From an uncultured Chromatiales bacterium (GTDB taxonomy: Bacteria; Pseudomonadota; Gammaproteobacteria; CBFCYW01), in NCBI GenBank assembly GCA_965602395.1, contig CBFCYW010000001.1:2846-66845 (forward strand): a DNA stretch of 64,000 nucleotides, written 5' to 3'. Position numbers and translations under genes: made by a program. The notes under the pieces are model-generated. The model was not told the DNA's origin, made no database searches, and saw only the letters and a list, made by a program, of their open reading frames with translations. Each line of letters begins with the position of its first letter. The first letter of the stretch is position 1. This document shows positions 57,549 through 64,000 of this stretch, one piece after another.

Positions 57549-59129
57549 TCAGGCGGTGACGAAATTGCCATGAAAACCCAGTGGCAGGGCGTAGGGCAGG
57601 GCGGCCTGAAACAGCGGCCCGGCATCCACCGCGGCGGCATCGAAGACGCTGATCAGGGTGCGTCCGCGGCGCCAGTCGAGGGCCGTGCCCAGCAGCCAGG
57701 CGTCGCGCTCGCCACTTCCCCCGGGCCTGGGCACGACGATGTGCTCCTCGGCGGCGATGCCAGCCCCGTAGTCGTAACGAAGGGCGATGGCGCTGCGCAG
57801 ATCGCGCGCTTCGATGGCGCTGAAGAACGGCTGCCGGGTCGCGGCGTCCGCTGCGCCGTCGGCGAGCGCGTAGCGATAGCGGTAGCGGCGGCCGATGTGG
57901 CGCGGGTGCAGACGGGGGAACTCGCCGTGGCCGCCGATCTTCATCTCTTGAGCGCCGCCGCCGCGAAGGTCGAGGCGCAGCTGCACGGCGCGGTTGTCGG
58001 CGCGGGCCGGTTCGCCGCGCATGATCTGCCGCGCATAGCCGGTGACCACGCTGGCGTCGGCGTAGCGCTGGTAGTCGAGATAGACCGCGTCGCGATCATC
58101 CCAGGCGCCGCCAGTGTGAAAGACGAATCCCGCCGGCAGCTCGAACAGCCGTTGCCGATCCCAGTCGGCCTTGTCCACCAGCAACGCGCGCATCGCGCCG
58201 TCGGCGCGCCAGCGGTGGCTGTCGAGAAAGCTCGCGCCATCGGCGTAGGCCGCGGCCGAGAATTCGAACGGCGGCAGCAGAAAGACCAGATAGCGGGCGG
58301 TGATGGCGAAGTCGTGGACCATCGGTTCGCCGCCGGCCCCGCCGCCCGGCAGCGGCAGGGCGCGCACCTGGCGCAGTGCAGCATCGGCGCCGATGTGCCA
58401 GATCACTAGCCGGCCGCTGCCGGGGGCGATGCCGAAATTCCACAGGCTGCCGTCGCGGTCGCGCTTGGGGTGGGCGGAAAAGGGCAGGCCGGCGCTCGCT
58501 TCGGACCAGCGCTGCCGGCCGATGGTGGACAGATCGCGCGGGTCGACGCGATGCGCGCTGCCGCCCTCCCACAGGGCCAGCAATTCGCCGTCGTGGGCGA
58601 TCACGCTGATGTTGGCGGGGTTCATTGCATCCGCCGAGGCGGGTTGGCGCAGGCTGGCGTCGCGGGTGCCGAAGCCGGGGTAGAGCAGGTGCCCGGCGCG
58701 CGACTCCTCGCGGTATTTTCGAGTCTGCACGAAGCGCCCGCGGTGGCTGAGGCCGGCGTCGTCAAAGCGGAATTCCTGCAACATGCCGTCGCCATCGAAC
58801 CAGTGCGTGTAGCGGCGCCCGCCGCGCCCGTGGCGCGCCGGGCCGTTGCGGTACAGCGTGCCGCGCAGGGTGGCGGGAATGCGGCCGTGGAGGATCTCGA
58901 TCTCGCCGCTGGCGGCGCCCAGGCTGTCGCGGGTCACGCTGCTCAGGCCCAGTGTCCAGCGCTCATCGAGCGCTGCGACAGATGCCTCGCCCGAGGCGGC
59001 GGTTGATGTCGCGATCGGGAACCAGCCGCCGGCGGCCAGAGCGCCGCTGCTCGTGGCGGAACCCAGGATGCCCGTGCCGGCGGCGCAGCGCAGAAAATCG
59101 CGTCTGTTCACTGGCGGCTCCGCAGTCAA
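57549..59129 (-). CDS. carotenoid oxygenase family (CCO/RPE65) protein with twin-arginine signal
   Basis: The signal is NRRDFLRCAAGTG. His-containing motifs HWFDGDGM, VHDFAIT, FHTGGAW and GFHGNF. The start is TTG 59129 (overlapping the upstream stop) or GTG 59111. Confidence 0.8.
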   Translation of the reverse strand: MTAEPPVNRRDFLRCAAGTGILGSATSSGALAAGGWFPIATSTAASGEASVAALDERWTLGLSSVTRDSLGAASGEIEILHGRIPATLRGTLYRNGPARHGRGGRRYTHWFDGDGMLQEFRFDDAGLSHRGRFVQTRKYREESRAGHLLYPGFGTRDASLRQPASADAMNPANISVIAHDGELLALWEGGSAHRVDPRDLSTIGRQRWSEASAGLPFSAHPKRDRDGSLWNFGIAPGSGRLVIWHIGADAALRQVRALPLPGGGAGGEPMVHDFAITARYLVFLLPPFEFSAAAYADGASFLDSHRWRADGAMRALLVDKADWDRQRLFELPAGFVFHTGGAWDDRDAVYLDYQRYADASVVTGYARQIMRGEPARADNRAVQLRLDLRGGGAQEMKIGGHGEFPRLHPRHIGRRYRYRYALADGAADAATRQPFFSAIEARDLRSAIALRYDYGAGIAAEEHIVVPRPGGSGERDAWLLGTALDWRRGRTLISVFDAAAVDAGPLFQAALPYALPLGFHGNFVTA

Positions 59130-59557
59130 TCGGCGAGTCGGATGGTCAGGCGCTGTGCACCGGCGAGGTGCAGTGCGGCGTCTTCGAAGCTCGGCGGACC
59201 CAGGTTGCCGCGCGCGTCGCGGCTGAAGCCGTGGGGTTCGGTGGGCATGCCGAGCAGGTTGGTGTCCAGCTCGCCGTCGCCGTCAAGATCCTGAAACACG
59301 GCGATGGCGTAGCGCCCGTCGGCGAGTACCGGCAGGCGCACCGACTGCTCGCTGGCGCCCACGGCGACGCGCAGCTGGGTGGTGGCGCCGTCGCCGGGGA
59401 AACCATCGGCGTATTCGTGCACCGCGATGTAGTAGCTGCCGCTGGTCGGGCCGCTGCTGTGGATTTGCAGATCTACTTCAGCGGCCAGCACGCGGCTGGC
59501 GGCGGTGGTGGCCAACAGGGCGCTCAGTAGCGCCGCCGCCTTGTGTCGGATGGTCAT
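59126..59557 (-). CDS. DUF2141-like exported beta-sandwich protein
   Basis: GGAG RBS and signal peptide MTIRHKAAALLSALLATTAASRVLA. The segment YAIAVFQDLDGDGELDTNLLGMPTEPHGFS matches DUF2141 as I remember it. Confidence 0.65.
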   Translation of the reverse strand: MTIRHKAAALLSALLATTAASRVLAAEVDLQIHSSGPTSGSYYIAVHEYADGFPGDGATTQLRVAVGASEQSVRLPVLADGRYAIAVFQDLDGDGELDTNLLGMPTEPHGFSRDARGNLGPPSFEDAALHLAGAQRLTIRLAD

Positions 59558-59990
59558 CTTCCGGTCTCCGTATTCAGCAATGAGCCACACAGTGCGCACG
59601 CTTGTCGCCAGCGGCGAGTGCCTTGCGACGAAGCGCGCGCTAGCGTGTCCGGACTGTGCCAGTTCGTGACGAACGGAAGGTGATTCTGGAAATGGCGACC
59701 CGCTCAACAGCGGTCTCGCAGAGGCCGCGCAAACGCCACAGCCCGCGCTCTGGCTGCAACGGCGGGCAGCATTGGCGCTGCCGGCAGCTGACCCGAAGCG
59801 CTCGCCGCTGGTGTGGGTTCAGCTGTTTTTCGATGGCTGAGAGCGGCGCTGCGATATTTTCAGCAGATGGCCAGCGGCCGCCGCGAACCGGCTGTAGCGG
59901 CGGCCTTCAGGGATGCCGGCCGTGCAAGGGGGGAGATCAGGCGATCCGCCCACCGCCGCGGGCTGCGCAAGCCAGGCCGCCCGCCGCAAA

Positions 59991-60015
59991 CCGGCGCCTG
60001 TGGCGGGGGCGCCGG
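59991..60015 (-). terminator. possible terminator hairpin downstream of lpd
   Basis: On the minus strand, CCGGCGCC-cccgccaca-GGCGCCGG is followed by only TTTG. The U-tract is weak. Confidence 0.4.
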
Positions 60016-60056
60016 ATTCGCAGCGGAACGCCCGCGCAGCAGTTGAGCGGCGGCGC

Positions 60057-61463
60057 TCAGAGATCGGTGCAGCGGCCCAGTGCCAGCTCCGCGGCCATGC
60101 CGATGCTTTCGGCGCGGGTCGGGTGCGGGTGCACGGTGGCGGCGATGTCCTCCAACCGCGCGCCCATTTCGATGCCCAGGGTCAGTTCGGAGATCATCTC
60201 GCCCGCGCCCTGGCCGACGATCACCGCGCCGAGCACGCGCTGGTCATCGCTGGAATAGATCAGCTTGGTGAAGCCCTCGCCGCGGCCGTGGGCCAGCGAG
60301 CGACCGTTGGCCGCCCAGGGAAAGACGCTGCTCTTCACCGCCAGCCCGTGCTCACGCGCCTGATGCTCGTCGATGCCCACCCAGGCCAGCTCCGGGCTGG
60401 TGTAGGCCACCGAGGGGATCAGCTGGGTGTCGAAGGCACAGAGGTGGCCACAGGCGGACTCCGCGGCGACGTGGCCCTGGTGGACGGCGCGATGCGCGAG
60501 CAGCATGCCGCCGGTGACGTCGCCGACCGCAAAGACATTCGCCAGCGCGGTGCGGCACTGCTGATCCACGGGGATGGCGCCGCGCTGGTCGGCGGCCAAT
60601 CCGGCATTCTCCAGCGCCAGTGCGGCGCTGTTCGGCTTGCGCCCGACCGACTGGATGACGCGGTCGGCGACCAGTTCGCCGCTGAAGGCGCCCTCGCAGT
60701 GCAGCGTCAGCGCGTCGGCCGCGGCGTCGATGGCGCTGACGCGGGTGTCGCAGTGGATGCTGCAACCCTCGGCTTGCAGCCGGCGCTGCAGCACCGCCAC
60801 GGCGTCGGCGTCGCAGCCCGGGGCGATCTGCCCGGCCAGCTCGACGATGCTCACCTGGCTGCCCAGCGCGCGGTAGATCGAGGCCATTTCCAGACCGATG
60901 ATGCCGCCGCCGACGATCGCCAGCCGCTCCGGCACCGACTCCAGCTCCAACGCGGCGCGCGCGTCCCAGATGCGCGGATCCTGCGGCCAGCCGGGCAGCT
61001 GCACCGCCGAGGAGCCGCTGGCGATGATGATGTCTTTGGCGCGCCACTGCTCGCCGCTGCCGTCGTGCAGCGCCACCTCCAGCCGGTCGGCGGCGGCGAA
61101 GCTTGCGCTGCCGCGAACCACTTCGACGCGGCGTCGCGCGGCCAACCCGGCCAGCCCGCCGGTGAGGGTTTCGATGACCTTTTCGGTGCGTGCGCGCAGT
61201 GCGCGCAGATCGATCCGCGGCGCCGCGAAGTGGATGCCGAAATCGGCGATCTCGCGCGCTTCGTTGATCACCTCGGCGCTGTGCAGCAGCGCCTTGGACG
61301 GGATGCAGCCCTCGTTGAGGCAGACGCCGCCGAGCGTTTCGCGGCTCTCGACGATGGTTACCGCGCGGCCCAGATCGGCGGCGCGAAAGGCCGCTGCGTA
61401 ACCGCCCGGGCCGCCACCGATGACGACCAGATCTTTTTCCTGCATGTGCTTTGAATCTTCCAT
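60057..61463 (-). CDS. lpd: dihydrolipoyl dehydrogenase (E3)
   Basis: Motif VVIGGGPGGYAAAF, the redox disulfide GGVCLNEGCIPSK and the C-terminal HPHPT. The start at 61463 overlaps the E2 stop (ATGA). Confidence 0.9.
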   Translation of the reverse strand: MEDSKHMQEKDLVVIGGGPGGYAAAFRAADLGRAVTIVESRETLGGVCLNEGCIPSKALLHSAEVINEAREIADFGIHFAAPRIDLRALRARTEKVIETLTGGLAGLAARRRVEVVRGSASFAAADRLEVALHDGSGEQWRAKDIIIASGSSAVQLPGWPQDPRIWDARAALELESVPERLAIVGGGIIGLEMASIYRALGSQVSIVELAGQIAPGCDADAVAVLQRRLQAEGCSIHCDTRVSAIDAAADALTLHCEGAFSGELVADRVIQSVGRKPNSAALALENAGLAADQRGAIPVDQQCRTALANVFAVGDVTGGMLLAHRAVHQGHVAAESACGHLCAFDTQLIPSVAYTSPELAWVGIDEHQAREHGLAVKSSVFPWAANGRSLAHGRGEGFTKLIYSSDDQRVLGAVIVGQGAGEMISELTLGIEMGARLEDIAATVHPHPTRAESIGMAAELALGRCTDL

Positions 61464-62365
61464 CAGAACAGCAGCTTGCGCGGTGTCTCCAGCAGGCCGA
61501 TGTAGTGGCCCATGAAGCGCGCCGCGTCGGCGCCGTTGATGACGCGGTGGTCGTAGGTCAGATCCAGCGGGCAGAGCTGGCGCGGCTGGAATTGCTCGCC
61601 GTCCCAGACCGGTTCGGTGCGGCTGCGGGTGATGCCGAGGATCGCCACCTCCGGCGGGTTGATCATCGGCGTGAAAGCGCGTCCGCCGATGCCGCCGAGG
61701 CTGGAAATGCTCATTCCGGCACCGCTCATTTCGCTGGGGTCGAGCTTGCGCTGGCGCGCCCGCGCGGCCAGATCGGCGATGCGCGCACTGATCGCCCACA
61801 GGCCGATGCGGTCGGCGTCGCGCAGCACTGGCACCATCAGCCCGTGCGGCGTGTCCACGGCGATGCCGACGTGGATGTCGCGCTTCAGCCAGAGGCTATC
61901 GCCGCCATCGGTGAGCGCGGCGTTGAAGCGTGGAAAGGCGGCCAGGCTGCGCGCCAGCGCCAGCACGTGCAGGCTCAGCGCGGACAGCCGCAGACCGCGC
62001 GCGGCGGCCTCGTCTGCCAGCGATGCGCGCAGTGCCTCCACCGCGCCGGTGTCGACCGCGTCGTGGTGGGTCACGGTGGGGATCTGCTGGTGCGAGCCGA
62101 GCAGATTGCTGGCGGCGAGCTTTTCCAGCCGGCTCAGCGGCTGCGCTTCGCCGGGGCCGAGGCTGTCGCGATCCGGCGTGGCCGCGGCATTGCCGGCCGG
62201 CTGCTGCGCCGCGGGCTGCAGGTCGGCTTCACTGAGGTAGGATTTGCCGAGCCTGGCGGCCAGCGCCGGCAGATCGATGCCGCGCTGGCGCGCCAGCTGG
62301 CGCACCGCAGGGCTGGCCAGCGGGGCGGCGGCCTGCGCCGGATTGCCCATCTGTGTGCTGCTCAT
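61463..62365 (-). CDS. 2-oxoacid dehydrogenase E2-type acyltransferase lacking a lipoyl domain (PSBD + catalytic core only)
   Basis: The N-terminus goes straight into an E3-binding domain (ASPAVRQLARQRGIDLPAL). The catalytic core has LTYDHRVINGADAARF. No lipoyl-lysine domain is encoded. Confidence 0.8.
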   Translation of the reverse strand: MSSTQMGNPAQAAAPLASPAVRQLARQRGIDLPALAARLGKSYLSEADLQPAAQQPAGNAAATPDRDSLGPGEAQPLSRLEKLAASNLLGSHQQIPTVTHHDAVDTGAVEALRASLADEAAARGLRLSALSLHVLALARSLAAFPRFNAALTDGGDSLWLKRDIHVGIAVDTPHGLMVPVLRDADRIGLWAISARIADLAARARQRKLDPSEMSGAGMSISSLGGIGGRAFTPMINPPEVAILGITRSRTEPVWDGEQFQPRQLCPLDLTYDHRVINGADAARFMGHYIGLLETPRKLLF

Positions 62366-62368
62366 TGC

Positions 62369-63796
62369 TCAGATCACCGTCGAAATGTACTGGGTTTCCA
62401 TGAATTCCAGCATGCCTTCCTTGCCGCCTTCGCGACCGATGCCGGACTGCTTGACGCCGCCGAACGGCGCCGCCGGGTCGGAGACCAGCCCGCGGTTGAG
62501 GCCGAGCATGCCGAATTCGAGCTGTTCGCCGAGGCGCAGGCCGCGGCCCAGCTCGCCGCAGTACAGATAGGCGACCAGGCCGTATTCGGTGTCGTTGGCG
62601 CGGGCGATGACTTCGGCCTCGTCGTCGAAGGTCTGGATCGCCGCCACCGGGCCGAAGATCTCGTCGCTGCAGCAGGTGGCATCGGCCGGCACGTCGGTGA
62701 GCACGGTGGGCGGGTAGAAGTGCCCGGGTCCCTCCGGCAGCTGGCCGCCGAGGCGGCAGGTGGCGCCGCGCTGCAGCGCGTCCTCGACCAGGCTGGCGAC
62801 CTTGTCGCGGGTGGCGCGATTAACCAGCGGGCCGACGTCGACGTCCTCGTCGAGGCCGTTGCCGACCTTCAGTGCGGCCATTTTCGCCACGTATTTGTCG
62901 ACGAATTCGGCCTCCACATCGCGGTGCACGTAAATCCGATTGGCCGCGGTGCAGGCCTCGCCGAGATTGCGCATCTTGGCCATCATCAGGCCATCCACGG
63001 CGGCATCGATGTCGGCGTCGGCGCAGACGATGAACGGCGCGTTGCCGCCCAGCTCCATCGCCGGGTTGAGGATCTGCCGCGCCGCGCCCTGCAGCAGCGT
63101 GCGACCGACCTCGGTGGAGCCGGTGAAGGACACCACGCGCACCCGCGGGTCATCCAGCAGGCAGTCGATCACCGCGCCGGTGCGCCGCGTCGGCAGCGCG
63201 CTGACCAGCCCGGCGGGCACGCCGGCCTCTTCGAGCAGCGGCATCAGCGCGAGCATGGTCAGCGGGGTCTCGGAGGCGGGTTTGATGATCACCCCGCAGC
63301 CGGCGGCCAGCGCCGGGGCGATCTTGCGCGTGCCCATCGCCGCCGGGTAGTTCCACGGCGTGATCAGCAGCGCCAGCCCGGCCGGCTTGTGGTGCACCAG
63401 AGTGCGCGCGCCGGAGGCCGGCGCCATGCCGTAGTGGCCCTCGGCGCGCACCGCCTCCTCGGCGTTCCAGCGGAAGAATTCAGCGGCGTAGGCGGCTTCG
63501 CCCATGGCGTCGGCGCGGGCCTTGCCGTTTTCCAGGGTGATCAGGCGGGCGAACTCGTCGAGCCGCGCAGTGAACAGCTCGAAGGCGCGCGACAGCACCA
63601 CCGAGCGCTCGCGCGGGCTGCGCGCGGCCCACTCGCGCTGGGCGCGCTCGGCGGCGTCGAGTGCCGCGCGGGCGTCGTCGACCGTGGCCGAGGCCACCTC
63701 GCAGAGCAGGCTCTCGTCGGCGGGGTTGTAGACCGGGAAGCTGGCGCCGTCGCTGGCGTCGCGCCACTGGCCGTCAATGAACAGTTGCTTGTGCAT
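62369..63796 (-). CDS. NAD(P)+-dependent aldehyde dehydrogenase, succinate-semialdehyde dehydrogenase-like
   Basis: Motifs ITPWNYPAAM, FTGSTEVG, ELGGNAP (catalytic Glu) and EACTAANR (catalytic Cys). Confidence 0.9.
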   Translation of the reverse strand: MHKQLFIDGQWRDASDGASFPVYNPADESLLCEVASATVDDARAALDAAERAQREWAARSPRERSVVLSRAFELFTARLDEFARLITLENGKARADAMGEAAYAAEFFRWNAEEAVRAEGHYGMAPASGARTLVHHKPAGLALLITPWNYPAAMGTRKIAPALAAGCGVIIKPASETPLTMLALMPLLEEAGVPAGLVSALPTRRTGAVIDCLLDDPRVRVVSFTGSTEVGRTLLQGAARQILNPAMELGGNAPFIVCADADIDAAVDGLMMAKMRNLGEACTAANRIYVHRDVEAEFVDKYVAKMAALKVGNGLDEDVDVGPLVNRATRDKVASLVEDALQRGATCRLGGQLPEGPGHFYPPTVLTDVPADATCCSDEIFGPVAAIQTFDDEAEVIARANDTEYGLVAYLYCGELGRGLRLGEQLEFGMLGLNRGLVSDPAAPFGGVKQSGIGREGGKEGMLEFMETQYISTVI

Positions 63797-63829
63797 GCTG
63801 AATCCGGGGTTTGTCTGGCAAACGGTTGT

Positions 63830-64000
63830 TTAAAGCAGGTGTTGCAGCGGCTCGGCACCGCGCCGGGCGATGCCGTCGAGCCAGCGCAGCGCGCTGCTGA
63901 TGGGCAGCTGTCGCTGGTCGTAATACAGCGTCAGGCGGCCTTCGTCGCCGCGCCGCGTGATCACCAGCGTCGGCGCGCTGGTAGTGCCGCACCGCAGCTC
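63830..64000 (-). CDS. 3' end of an unidentified CDS running off the window
   Basis: The minus-strand frame is open from base 64000 to a TAA at 63830-63832 (...TLVITRRGDEGRLTLYYDQRQLPISSALRWLDGIARRGAEPLQHLL*). It has no start codon in the window, so it is absent from the ORF track. Confidence 0.4.
   Translation of the reverse strand, partial: ELRCGTTSAPTLVITRRGDEGRLTLYYDQRQLPISSALRWLDGIARRGAEPLQHLL

Noticed and set aside
59913-61454. 513-aa plus-strand ORF
   Set aside because: It is antisense to lpd.

Overview
GC-rich (about two-thirds G+C by eye, third codon positions almost all G/C) chromosomal segment with gammaproteobacterial synteny: hfq-hflX-hflK-hflC-DUF2065-hisZ-purA and a Pseudomonas-like ccoNOQP / ccoGH / ccoIS / hemN / anr neighbourhood. 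The many acidic exported proteins hint at a halophile (inference). I call about 60 protein genes. I see no rRNA, tRNA, CRISPR array, transposase, integrase or prophage gene, so this looks like core genome. Main blocks: aminotransferase-azlCD, Smr, SlyD; soxCD-like sulfite/sulfane dehydrogenase; msrB; DUF1611 plus a peptide-type ABC importer lacking ATPase genes; orphan ParA; DAHP synthase; a LysM/FecR plus CHASE2-PAS-GGDEF-EAL pair; RNase D; a DUF6502/DUF5666/DUF4382 envelope trio; the full cbb3 oxidase structural and maturation set with FNR/Anr boxes; ABC-F, MCP, hydrolase, IMPase; hfq-hflXKC-hisZ-purA; a 2TM/LytS-like kinase/LytTR regulator; a Tat-signal carotenoid-oxygenase plus DUF2141 pair; and an aldehyde dehydrogenase / lipoyl-less E2 / Lpd operon. 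The best candidate for a novel system is at 45.7-48.3 kb: two tandem paralogous small exported six-cysteine peptides followed by translationally coupled DUF692 (MNIO-type oxidase) and DUF2063 genes. This is a bufferin/HvfA-like RiPP metallophore cluster with an unusual pairing of one soluble and one lipobox precursor, sitting where miaA normally precedes hfq. Long ORFs antisense to or frame-shifted against real genes are GC artefacts and were rejected.
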